From: Candidatus Woesearchaeota archaeon
GTDB taxonomy: Archaea; Nanobdellota; Nanobdellia; Woesearchaeales; GW2011-AR9
Assembly (NCBI GenBank): GCA_016181265.1
Contig: JACOZP010000006.1
Location: 19,962-83,961 of the forward strand
DNA length: 64,000 nt
Reading direction: 5' to 3'
Part shown: one piece after another, positions 37,029-45,862 of the stretch
Position numbering within the stretch: position 1 is the first letter of the stretch
How the letters are laid out: each line of letters begins with the position of its first letter
Notes under the pieces: generated by a model
What the model was told of the DNA's origin: nothing
Seen by the model: only the letters and a program-made list of their open reading frames with translations
Database searches by the model: none
Program-made: the position numbers and the translations under genes

Positions 37029-39029
37029 TTATTGCACCCCGAACTCCGGGAGAGGCAAATGCTTGCTCTTCTCCTCTAATTCAGCATATAACCCAAAGAG
37101 ATCAGTATCAGTTCCGGTCTCTTCACTGATGATATGAATCGTCAATCTTTGTGCTCCGGCTAATTGATCCCAAAGGACAGTCCAATTTCCTTTGTAGCCG
37201 CCGATAAACTCCTCACCTCTGAGTACGGTCACATCAACCGCATACATGAAATCCGCTTTTGCCAAAAACTCGAGAGGCTGCTGTGAAATGATATCAGAAG
37301 AAAGCTCAGGCGAAATAATAATCATTCCATCTTCGAGAGGTTGGTTAGTTTGAGGATTACGTTGTGCCGATCGCAGCTTGATGATCACAGTTTCATCTTT
37401 GGCAAGAGGAATTCCAGCACTAAGTTGATCGTCACCAAGAAGAGTATGCTTCAGGATACTTATATTCAACGAAGGGAATAGATGAACAGGAACCAATTGA
37501 ATATCCGCACGTACACCAGCTTTAACGACCAAGCTTGTCCAACCATCTTTATACCCTACTTTCTGACCACGAATGACTGCATTGGCACAAAATGGAACAT
37601 TCATTTGTCTTGCCGCCACATCTCCCACACCAGCATAATCATATTCGGTCTGTCCTAAAGAGCATTGATATTGCAGACAACTATACGTTACATTCACTCG
37701 CTCCACTGGCTCAGTATAAGAAACACCCATCCCGTTATCTACTAATTCTGCAGTCGTCACGGTAATCGGCGTGTTCCGTGTATCGCAGAACTGTTCATCA
37801 GAATAAGTGCTTAGCCCTTGCAAAGGCACCGCAGGGATAATATCTTTCCGATCCGGAATATTTCGTTTGAGATGAACAGTTAGCGCCGTCTTGAACAGAT
37901 AGCCCGTCGTCTCGTCCCGCAAAGTTATCAGGACAGGATAGCTAACATCGTAACTAAACTTCCAACTCTGTGCACAAAAAGCGGAGAGCAATGGATTTGA
38001 TCCGGCTGCCAAAGGCGAACTCTTCATCGTACTTCCGCTGCGCGGATGGACATCAAAAGTGAACGGATAACTAGCATCATAATGAAAGTCCACAGTCACG
38101 CTCTTTTGGAGAAGATCATCTCCTACATCCCAGATATAATGATTTTGATAGTAAGGAAGTTCCTCAGGGAACTCTACAAAACTGGTACCCTTCACTTTTA
38201 ACTGACCAATATTTACGCGCAAGAGATCTTGCATTGTCTGCTTTACCGTATCTACCTTCCATTGTTTGGAAGAACAGCTTAACTCGAACCCGACAACGGG
38301 AACATTTGGATGTTCTAATGCAATGAGATCTTGAGTGATATCTTCCAGCTTTAGGTCGCGTAACTCTACATCCGTAATCCTCACGGCAGTATCATAAAGT
38401 CGTTTTAATTTAACAGGCGACTCCGCACCATGATCAATAAGTTGCTGAATTATCTCCCCCTGCTTGTCTTGTACTTCAATATCCCAATGAACCGCAAAGA
38501 TCACTTTAGCATCGACAATATTTGTATCGGCGGTGATATCACTTTTTTCCACAAGATTATAAGTCTGCGTAAACGCACCTGGCCCAAAGACACACTCACG
38601 AAGATTTTGTTGAATATGAGAATCGATCTGCACTGTTACTGTCTGTAATGAAGGGACGGCCCGCGTCGTGCCATACGCCCAATACGGAACAGCGGTGAAC
38701 GGTGATGTTTTCAGATGGACATAACCATTTTGTGCGATCTCCTGCGGCAAATCAACATAGCCACCTTGTTCTCCGATACGAGATAAAGCCTCTTCACCTA
38801 ACTTCTTGATGCAATTAGCGATGTAATCAGCGACGGGACCTTTTCCGGTCGTAACGAGTTCCTCCGGTTTTACGGTCAGCGTCTCACGCGTGACAAAAAC
38901 AACGACGACCAATGCTAATACGAGAATAATACCAAGAATGATAAAAAGAGTGACTTGCCCTCGTCGAGGGAAGATAAAAGCATGAGAAATAAGACTACGA
39001 GTATTACATCTCTTCCTCTTTTGATACAT
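37029..39029 (-). CDS. 666-aa extracellular protein with archaellin/pilin-like class III signal motif
   Basis: Start moved to the ATG at 39029, about 24 nt downstream of TTTATATA. MYQKRKRCNTRSLISHAFIFPRRGQVTLFIILGIILVLALVVVVFV. Remainder has no known domain. Confidence 0.6.
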   Translation of the reverse strand: MYQKRKRCNTRSLISHAFIFPRRGQVTLFIILGIILVLALVVVVFVTRETLTVKPEELVTTGKGPVADYIANCIKKLGEEALSRIGEQGGYVDLPQEIAQNGYVHLKTSPFTAVPYWAYGTTRAVPSLQTVTVQIDSHIQQNLRECVFGPGAFTQTYNLVEKSDITADTNIVDAKVIFAVHWDIEVQDKQGEIIQQLIDHGAESPVKLKRLYDTAVRITDVELRDLKLEDITQDLIALEHPNVPVVGFELSCSSKQWKVDTVKQTMQDLLRVNIGQLKVKGTSFVEFPEELPYYQNHYIWDVGDDLLQKSVTVDFHYDASYPFTFDVHPRSGSTMKSSPLAAGSNPLLSAFCAQSWKFSYDVSYPVLITLRDETTGYLFKTALTVHLKRNIPDRKDIIPAVPLQGLSTYSDEQFCDTRNTPITVTTAELVDNGMGVSYTEPVERVNVTYSCLQYQCSLGQTEYDYAGVGDVAARQMNVPFCANAVIRGQKVGYKDGWTSLVVKAGVRADIQLVPVHLFPSLNISILKHTLLGDDQLSAGIPLAKDETVIIKLRSAQRNPQTNQPLEDGMIIISPELSSDIISQQPLEFLAKADFMYAVDVTVLRGEEFIGGYKGNWTVLWDQLAGAQRLTIHIISEETGTDTDLFGLYAELEEKSKHLPLPEFGVQ

Positions 39030-39052
39030 CACTTTTGAAATGGTCTGAGAGT

Positions 39053-39060
39053 ATATAAAG
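39053..39060 (-). promoter_or_regulatory. TATA box (TTTATATA on minus strand) for the 4-gene operon
   Basis: 24 nt upstream of the ATG at 39029. No SD in between, consistent with a leaderless transcript. Confidence 0.5.
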
Positions 39061-39159
39061 ATTATGCTGAAGTGAGAACAAAAGAAACTCAGAAAAAACA
39101 GAAAAACAATAAAAGAAAAACACCAAAACAAGAATTAACATAATTGCATTTAACAGAGC

Positions 39160-39978
39160 CTAGCCGATATAATTCGCTTCTTGACTTACTTTCTTTGCGC
39201 CCGCTTTAGTGTGGCTCATCTCTGCTGCCCACTCTTGCGTTTTTTTCATGATCTCCGTCTCCATTTCTAGGATCTCTTTCGACATCTTCTTTAAATCCAA
39301 ACCGAGCTTGAACTTTGCTTCTAATACCCGCAATATTTCCTTTGCTCCTTTTACACCAAGGTAAAGAGGATGGGCAAATGTTTCCGCTAACAATGCCACA
39401 CCTTTAACTTTGTGCCGCTGTCCCAATCCTAAAAGGATCCCTGTTACCCCAATAATTGGTCCAACAACCCCGAAGATGCGTGTCTCAACATGTAGCTGTT
39501 TCTGTTTGTACTCTTTCAAAAGAAGAGGATCATTCGCAGTGCAATAAACGAGCGGCTTCTCTGGGATATTCTGCAACCCGACCCCCCCCGTCGTCACTAT
39601 CTCCGTACAAGAAAAACGCTTTAGCAGTTGAAGGATCTCTTCACAGAAACGATAACAGCTCTCCTCATCGATCGGCTGGATATCACCCGTCAACAATAAG
39701 AGATCCTGTTTCTTTTTTCCCTTACCGGCTTGCGCGCGATACAATTCTAACTTAGGCATATCTACCAGATTTTTCTCATTGACAAAAACAGAATGAGGAA
39801 ACTTATATGAAAAGAAAGAATATAACTTCTTCGCGTTCAATTCATCGATGAGAACATCAACAGCAATCTTACCAACATTGCCAATGCCAGGAAGGCCTTC
39901 GATAAAGAGAGGATGATGCAATCGAGGTAAATGTTTCACTTCCTGCGTCATGATCCACTCTGAAGGCATAACGAACAT
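39160..39978 (-). CDS. PAC2-family proteasome assembly chaperone
   Basis: LFIEGLPGIGNVGKIAVDVLI, ATP-grasp-like PAC2 signature, 272 aa. Confidence 0.65.
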   Translation of the reverse strand: MFVMPSEWIMTQEVKHLPRLHHPLFIEGLPGIGNVGKIAVDVLIDELNAKKLYSFFSYKFPHSVFVNEKNLVDMPKLELYRAQAGKGKKKQDLLLLTGDIQPIDEESCYRFCEEILQLLKRFSCTEIVTTGGVGLQNIPEKPLVYCTANDPLLLKEYKQKQLHVETRIFGVVGPIIGVTGILLGLGQRHKVKGVALLAETFAHPLYLGVKGAKEILRVLEAKFKLGLDLKKMSKEILEMETEIMKKTQEWAAEMSHTKAGAKKVSQEANYIG

Positions 39979-40067
39979 AAAACAACCTTAATTTATATAG
40001 TTACCTTTTTATAGGCCGAAAATATCCTCAGGTCATAAAGATTCGACAAGCAAAAGAGGTAGAGATC

Positions 40068-40202
40068 ATGAATAAAAAAGCAATTCTTCATCATCCCGCA
40101 ACATGGATCGTCATTTCATTTATTGTAGGGATGGTAGTTATGTACTATGTAGCACAAGGAACGATTCCATTAGGAATTGATGTGTGTGCAATAAAACCAT
40201 AA
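40068..40202 (+). CDS. Small membrane peptide, 44 aa (family member 1; below track cutoff)
   Basis: aaGAGGTagagatc precedes the ATG. MNKKAILHHPATWIVISFIVGMVVMYYVAQGTIPLGIDVCAIKP. Shares the C-terminal G-T-I-P-x-x-I-x-x-x-C pattern with the ORFs at 54979 and 55137. Confidence 0.4.
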   Translation: MNKKAILHHPATWIVISFIVGMVVMYYVAQGTIPLGIDVCAIKP

Positions 40203-40503
40203 GAAAGAAAGCACCTTGTTTTTGTTCTTTTATTTCTAATATTATCGATTAGCCATTTATGATAATTTTGATGCTTGCGATGAGAATAAATCCAAGAAGA
40301 ATAACAAAGAATTGTTACTAACGCAAGAATAGTTTCAATGAAAGTAACTTCAGCATCATACTTAAAAACGGTCATAAATCCTACAGAAAAAGCAAGAAAA
40401 GAAGATATTGAAGCTGAAGAAAAATTTCGCCAATAGTCTAACTTTAACTGTAATTCTTTAACTGTAATTCTTTATCGGAAACCATTTTCTATTAAAAAAA
40501 GAG

Positions 40504-40703
40504 TGCGAGGGACGTGACTTTCACATCAATATCCTATAAAACGCAGTGGGCTACGCAAAGCGTATGCCCGCTTATGTCGCCTAAGATATTGGCTTTGAAC
40601 ACGCGTACCCACTAAGGGACTAGCCTTTTACACAGAAAAGTAAACGTATTAGCCTACTTCTCCGACCTCAAGCTAGCGGATTTGACCGCTCTCCCACCCT
40701 CGC
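40504..40703 (-). tRNA. tRNA-Leu(GAG) with two introns (about 40 nt at 37/38 and about 76 nt in the T-loop, probably 59/60)
   Basis: Hand fold of the minus strand: GCGAGGG-TG-GGA/TCC D arm with GAGCGGTCAAA loop. CTAGC-TTGAGG[intron]G-GCTAG. Long variable arm TCCCTTAGTGGGTAC. T stem GCGTG...CACGT with TTCAAA[76 nt]T. Then CCCTCGC + A, followed by oligo-T. Confidence 0.75.
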
Positions 40704-40793
40704 ACAGGAGATAGAATCAAGCTGCTGTTTAAAAGATTAACGATATTTTTTCTTCATCGTCAGATTTATATTAGAAAGAAGAATCGTTTACCC

Positions 40794-41591
40794 ATGTCCT
40801 TCTCCGAAGAAATCATGCAGCTCCTCCAAGAACATCAGCTCTCTCCCAACGTCATTAAAGATCAGCATTTTTGCATTGACAGCTCTGTCTTCCAGACTTT
40901 GATTCATGCTGCTCACTTGAAAAGAGAAGACGTCATCCTGGAAATCGGTCCCGGCCCAGGTTTATTAACCAGGAAAATGGCCAAACAAGTAAAGAAAGTC
41001 ATCGCTATCGAATTGGATGAAACATTAAGACCTCTTTTAACAGATCTTTCCAAAAATGTCGATCTCCATTTTGGCAATGCCTTAACGATCCTACCATTAC
41101 ATAAAGAGTTCAACAAGCTGATCTCCAATCTACCTTACCAAATCTGCGAACCTTTACTTCAATATCTTACGACTGTTAAACACATTCAGCTCACCGTTCT
41201 TACAGTCCCGAAAACCTTTGCCAGAAAAGCACAACAACATCCCATCTTTTCTTCTTTCCTGAGCATCGAAATCATCAAAGACGTACCAAAAGAAGCATTT
41301 TACCCGCAACCAAGAGTCTTGTCAGCAATCATCACTATTTCTCCCATTAAGAATCCAACAGACCCACAGTTTCTGATCCAAAAACTGCATCTCCAGCGCG
41401 ATAAGAAACTGCGGAATGGGTTGAGAGATGCGTTGATTGATCTCTACAGAAGAAGAGACAAGATTCTTACTAAGAAACAAGCGGTAGAATTAATCCAACA
41501 GTCCCATCTTTCTGAAAAAACATTAGACACGTTGATCGCGAAAGTACATTTAAAAAAGTACAAAGAATTCTCTACCGTACCTCTTCCGTAA
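40794..41591 (+). CDS. ksgA: 16S rRNA dimethyladenosine transferase KsgA/Dim1
   Basis: VILEIGPGPGLLT and ISNLPYQI motifs, 265 aa. Confidence 0.85.
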   Translation: MSFSEEIMQLLQEHQLSPNVIKDQHFCIDSSVFQTLIHAAHLKREDVILEIGPGPGLLTRKMAKQVKKVIAIELDETLRPLLTDLSKNVDLHFGNALTILPLHKEFNKLISNLPYQICEPLLQYLTTVKHIQLTVLTVPKTFARKAQQHPIFSSFLSIEIIKDVPKEAFYPQPRVLSAIITISPIKNPTDPQFLIQKLHLQRDKKLRNGLRDALIDLYRRRDKILTKKQAVELIQQSHLSEKTLDTLIAKVHLKKYKEFSTVPLP

Positions 41592-42579
41592 TCACTGCTC
41601 GATCATCTAACCGAAACAAACAAATCGTCTTCTTCCCCCTCAACTGCTTCTCAAAAGAACGCTGAATGAGAGCATATTCGTTAGGATCGACAGAATAACG
41701 GAGGATAACAGTTCCTGCTTTCACTTTCTGCAACGCTTTACGTAATACGTTCTGTTCAAACGAAACTGTTTCTAAAATGATATACGCATGGACAAAGAAA
41801 GCTTCTTCGAGTAACGTAGGACCAGTAAACACTGTATTCCTTCCTCGCTGTAACAGAGCTGCACCTGTTTTCTCAGAAAGCTCTGCAAGTAACTCTGCTT
41901 TTACGACTGCCGGATCAACATCGAAAAGATACTGTTCAGGAGAGCGAACTTCTCGCAATTTCTTTTCTTCACCGACAACAAGACATTCCCCCGTCGGCAA
42001 GGTGACTGCACTCCTCTCCGTCCGTTTCAATTTCCCAAAATAAAGAGTCAAGCGATTTAATTTTCCCTGCCAAGAGAGATATTCTCGCTCGCAATCAAAT
42101 GGAATCTCTTTGATTTGTGGTGGAAATTCAATCGCGATCTTATCCGTTAATCTTCCATATTTCTCTAACAACTGATGGATGTCCGGTTGGATCGTCCCCA
42201 TTTTCCGTTCCACCTCTTCGGGAAGGCGTTGCGGGTCACAGAAAACAATATCAACATCTTTAAGCTGTTTTATCACAACCGGAGACAGCGCATCTCCCGA
42301 AATAAACGTGATATTTTTCAATCCCAATACCACGGCATTTTTCTTTGCTCTTTCAATCTTTTCTTTATCAATCTCAATGGCATAGACATGCGCGCAGTGT
42401 TTTGCAAAAGCAAACGTCTGGAAACCAATACCGCAGCCGAGATCAACAATCGTCTTGCACTTCAAGCGCTTTGCTCGATATTCAGCAACTATCTCCGGTG
42501 TCGCCCAGCGGATATCCTCCCCTGAATGTTCCAATTCTTCCGCTCGGGGATGTTTCTCTAATGCTTTTGTTGATACCAT
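41572..42579 (-). CDS. Class I SAM-dependent methyltransferase (RNA methylase-like) with C-terminal extension
   Basis: IVDLGCGIGFQTFAFA (motif I), VYAIEID, IVFCDPQR. Confidence 0.6.
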   Translation of the reverse strand: MVSTKALEKHPRAEELEHSGEDIRWATPEIVAEYRAKRLKCKTIVDLGCGIGFQTFAFAKHCAHVYAIEIDKEKIERAKKNAVVLGLKNITFISGDALSPVVIKQLKDVDIVFCDPQRLPEEVERKMGTIQPDIHQLLEKYGRLTDKIAIEFPPQIKEIPFDCEREYLSWQGKLNRLTLYFGKLKRTERSAVTLPTGECLVVGEEKKLREVRSPEQYLFDVDPAVVKAELLAELSEKTGAALLQRGRNTVFTGPTLLEEAFFVHAYIILETVSFEQNVLRKALQKVKAGTVILRYSVDPNEYALIQRSFEKQLRGKKTICLFRLDDRAVITEEVR

Positions 42580-42580
42580 A

Positions 42581-43156
42581 TTATTTTCCTTTGCTTACAA
42601 ACTTGTTACCAGCAACATAAAATCGCCAGAGTAATTCTTTCCCTTCTGTAATACCGATACGTGGACCGGCAGCAACAGAAGACACAATATAATTATCATT
42701 ATATACTTTTATGTCTTTCCCTATTTTCTGACTATTATGTTCCTTACCAATTGCTAACGCCAAGCATAATTTTCCCGGACCGGAGCAGAGATTCTTCATA
42801 CTCTCACAACCTCGCCGTCGTTTCATCTCCTCAATCCCTTTAAGTGGTTCAACCGCGCGGATTAATACAGCACCAGCATCATCTCGTTCCGTGGTAAAAT
42901 TAAGGCAGTGATACATACCATAGATCAAATAAACATACACATAACCATACGTCTCGAACATGATCCTGCTGCGTTCCGTTTTTGTATACGCATGTGATGC
43001 AGGGTCACGTTTGTATGCTTCTGTCTCCACGATCCTGCCAGAAACACCATTATACGAGATTATTTTTCCTAACAAATCGCGTGCTACGTTAACTGTATCT
43101 CGTGCGAAGAAAGAGGGTAGAATAAGGTCCATAACCAAATATTTTCTTCTAAACAT
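42581..43156 (-). CDS. DNA-3-methyladenine glycosylase (AAG/MPG family)
   Basis: FFARDTVNVARDLLGK, GRIVETEAY, YVYLIYGMYHCLN, AVLIRAVEP. Confidence 0.85.
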   Translation of the reverse strand: MFRRKYLVMDLILPSFFARDTVNVARDLLGKIISYNGVSGRIVETEAYKRDPASHAYTKTERSRIMFETYGYVYVYLIYGMYHCLNFTTERDDAGAVLIRAVEPLKGIEEMKRRRGCESMKNLCSGPGKLCLALAIGKEHNSQKIGKDIKVYNDNYIVSSVAAGPRIGITEGKELLWRFYVAGNKFVSKGK

Positions 43157-43185
43157 TTAAAAACTTGTGCCTTGCAAATGATTCA

Positions 43186-43299
43186 ATGGAACATCATAAA
43201 ATGAAGCTGAACGAAAGTCCTTTCGAAAAGATAAAGTCTGGAAAAAAGACTATTGAAATCCGTATTCTAGAGAAGAAGAGCAAGAATATAGCGTTTTAG
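43186..43299 (+). pseudogene. Truncated ASCH-domain gene remnant (37 codons)
   Basis: MEHHKMKLNESPFEKIKSGKKTIEIRILEKK... matches the N-terminal strand of ASCH/DUF3850 proteins but stops after 37 aa. No room remains for the rest of the domain. Confidence 0.4.
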
Positions 43300-43326
43300 G
43301 GATAAGAATACAAGCCCCCAATCTAC

Positions 43327-43530
43327 TTACAGATCAATAACGATAACACCATCTTCACGATCATCATCCGGAGTAATTTTGATCTCGATCCCTTCTCCTT
43401 TCTCATAAGGGAGATCCTTTGGTTGGGGAGGTGGCGGAACAGGCAGATACAAAGGGATACGCTGCTCTTCCTCTGGTCTATCTCCCTTTCGATCACAGAG
43501 CCCCAGACCAAAATAGACTTCTCCTACCAT
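43327..43530 (-). CDS. Small Pro-rich hypothetical protein
   Basis: 67 aa. ATG 22-30 nt downstream of ATTTTATAAGA. Preferred over the overlapping alternative frame 43323-43511. Confidence 0.35.
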   Translation of the reverse strand: MVGEVYFGLGLCDRKGDRPEEEQRIPLYLPVPPPPQPKDLPYEKGEGIEIKITPDDDREDGVIVIDL

Positions 43531-43566
43531 GCTACATCAAAATGAAAAAAATCTTATAAAATTTGT

Positions 43567-44283
43567 TTACAAGAGATGTGTAAAAAGACTCAGAACAAAG
43601 CCGACAAGATATCCCACGATTCCCGCACCGACACCGACCAGAATGATCTCTACGCTCGATTCTAACCAATGTATCTTCGTATAATGCGACTTAGCCCAAC
43701 CCATGAAAAAGAGACTGCATGCCGTCAATATAGACGAAACGAGCGCAGCAGTGGAAGGAATGAAGAAAAAGAAAGGTGCAATAGGAATAATCGAACCCGT
43801 CAAGAACGAGAAAAACATCGCGATTGCATTCTTCAAAGGTAATTCGAAGCGCTGCTCAGACAAGCCTAATTTCTTTTGAATATAATTACGCATGAATGTT
43901 GTCTGATTATGATGTTCAAAATGATGCAGCAGAGCTTCAATCTCATCGTCATCAAACTCCTCCTCTTTCAGGATCTGTCGCATCTCTACCAATCCTTTTT
44001 GAGGATTCTTCTTTAATTCTTCTTTGGTGTGGCGAATCTCATGCTCGTAGACTTCGCGTTGCGATTTTGCCGAAAGATAACTCCCCGCAGACATCGAAAA
44101 CGCGCCGGCAAACATGCTCGCTAAACCAGCAAGAACGATGACAAAGCGATCACCACCACCTTGCCATACACCTAAAACTAATCCTAAGTTAGAGATAAGA
44201 CCATCTTGCATACCAAAGATAAAATCACGGACAAGATCTTTTGTTTTCTCTAAGAAGCTGTGTTTCTTACTCTTCTTTTCCAT
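43567..44283 (-). CDS. VIT1/CCC1-family iron/manganese transporter
   Basis: FIFGMQDGLISNLGLVLGV, central helical metal-binding region, C-terminal TM bundle. Confidence 0.8.
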   Translation of the reverse strand: MEKKSKKHSFLEKTKDLVRDFIFGMQDGLISNLGLVLGVWQGGGDRFVIVLAGLASMFAGAFSMSAGSYLSAKSQREVYEHEIRHTKEELKKNPQKGLVEMRQILKEEEFDDDEIEALLHHFEHHNQTTFMRNYIQKKLGLSEQRFELPLKNAIAMFFSFLTGSIIPIAPFFFFIPSTAALVSSILTACSLFFMGWAKSHYTKIHWLESSVEIILVGVGAGIVGYLVGFVLSLFTHLL

Positions 44284-44549
44284 TACGAGAACACCGCTTT
44301 ACACTCATTCTTTATGCACTGTACTGAACCTTGGCCACAATCTAGTGTTTCCGGACGACACTCCAAGGTACAGATCACTCCGCTACAATCCGGGGCAAAT
44401 ACGTTACGTATGGCTCCCGTCGCATGACAGCAGGCATCAGGCACACAATCAGTATCAACAGAACATTGTTTTTCAGGAGGGATGGAAGAACAGGAAGTGA
44501 CTAGCAAGAATACAAGAATTAACGATAAACTAGATAAAATCTTCCTCAT
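44283..44549 (-). CDS. Small Cys-rich secreted lipoprotein
   Basis: I prefer the ATG at 44549. MRKILSSLSLILVFLLVTSC lipobox. Mature part has about 12 Cys. Confidence 0.5.
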   Translation of the reverse strand: MRKILSSLSLILVFLLVTSCSSIPPEKQCSVDTDCVPDACCHATGAIRNVFAPDCSGVICTLECRPETLDCGQGSVQCIKNECKAVFS

Positions 44550-45819
44550 ATTCCAACCGCTCATTAATTTCACCACGTAAATTCTCGCCAACGAGTTTCT
44601 TGACTTCATCCAATTTGTAATTTGCTAATAACCATGATAATTTCACAAAAGCAGTACTGGCTAACATATCTTTTCCGGGAATGACTCCTAAGTCCAATAA
44701 ATCGCGACCCTTGTCGTAGACATTCATGTTAACACCACCAAAAAGACACTGTGTCGTCATGACCACAACACACCCAGAATCAATCAATTTCTGGAGAGCA
44801 GGATAGATTTTACGATGAATTTCACATTCTGGATTCGGGACTTGTCCCGGCGTATGTCCCAAACCGGTCCCTTCAATGATCAATCCTTTATACCCTTGAA
44901 AAAAAGAAAACTGTTCAGGGAACATATTAACATGAATCCTCAACAAGCCAACTTTCTCTTCCACCTTTGGTTTTATCACTAGTTCCTTCCCAACACGAGG
45001 ATATTTCTTGTCAACAAAAACAATCTTTCGATCTTTATAGCCAACACGCGCCAAAGGTGCAGAATTAATTGCTTTAAACGCATCCCGCCGTGATGAATGA
45101 AGCTTATATGTCTTCGCTCCGGGAAGAATGACACAAAAATCATCATTTTCTTTCTCATGCATACAGATGCCCACGCCGCCGAAATCCGTCTTGCTCACAA
45201 ATTCTGCCGCACAGATAAGATTCATTCTGGCATCACTGCTCCCCCTGTCTGAAGAACGTTGCGCGCCAACCAATACAATTGGTACGGACGTTGATTCTAC
45301 GATAAACGATAACGCCGCTGCTGCCACTGCAAGATTATCTGTTCCCATACCAACAATGATTCCTCGCGAGCCAGCTCTGACGTGCTCTTCAATCTTTTTA
45401 GCAATTAAAGTGAAATGTTTGAACCGCAGATCATCACTCCACATTTGCGCCACTAATTCTGATTTAATGTTTGCAATACTCTGCAACTCCGGGAACAATG
45501 CGACTAATTCTTCAGGACTAAAGTCGGTGGTAACCCCACCCGTCCGATAATCAACTTTCGAAGCGATTGTTCCTCCCGTATGTAAAATGGAAATAGTTGG
45601 AAGATTCTTATTTAAAGAAGCAGCCTTGATCATCATTGCTTTGGTCTCTCTTGCTTTCTCCACCACAAGTACGCTTTTCACTTCTTCTTTTTTGAACCCA
45701 AGATTATACCCCGTATCTAATTTGATTAGAACAACATCTTTCTTCGGAGAAGGCATAAGCATTCCCTGTTCAGTACCTTTTTTAGTCGTTACTTTGACAA
45801 CGTCACCGTGTTGAGGCAT
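44530..45819 (-). CDS. gatD: Glutamyl-tRNA(Gln) amidotransferase subunit D
   Basis: N-terminal GDVVKVTTKKG domain plus an asparaginase domain: ILHTGGTIAS, GIIVGMGTDN. Confidence 0.85.
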   Translation of the reverse strand: MPQHGDVVKVTTKKGTEQGMLMPSPKKDVVLIKLDTGYNLGFKKEEVKSVLVVEKARETKAMMIKAASLNKNLPTISILHTGGTIASKVDYRTGGVTTDFSPEELVALFPELQSIANIKSELVAQMWSDDLRFKHFTLIAKKIEEHVRAGSRGIIVGMGTDNLAVAAAALSFIVESTSVPIVLVGAQRSSDRGSSDARMNLICAAEFVSKTDFGGVGICMHEKENDDFCVILPGAKTYKLHSSRRDAFKAINSAPLARVGYKDRKIVFVDKKYPRVGKELVIKPKVEEKVGLLRIHVNMFPEQFSFFQGYKGLIIEGTGLGHTPGQVPNPECEIHRKIYPALQKLIDSGCVVVMTTQCLFGGVNMNVYDKGRDLLDLGVIPGKDMLASTAFVKLSWLLANYKLDEVKKLVGENLRGEINERLEYEEDFI

Positions 45820-45862
45820 GGTTGGTTAGAAATAAGAGACATTTATATAATTTCCTACGAGA

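Noticed and set aside
40145-40375. 76-aa minus-strand ORF.
   Set aside because: It overlaps the SD-led 44-aa peptide gene that has paralogs elsewhere. It has no recognisable motif, so it is possible but unsupported.
40443-40474. Tandem repeat TTTAACTGTAATTC x2.3; I considered a CRISPR array or minisatellite.
   Set aside because: There are only two full copies, no spacers and no further repeats. It is probably a local duplication downstream of tRNA-Leu.
40504-40703. A 200-nt structured RNA first considered as SRP RNA or RNase P RNA.
   Set aside because: It is too short, and it resolves fully into a class II tRNA-Leu once two insertions are removed.
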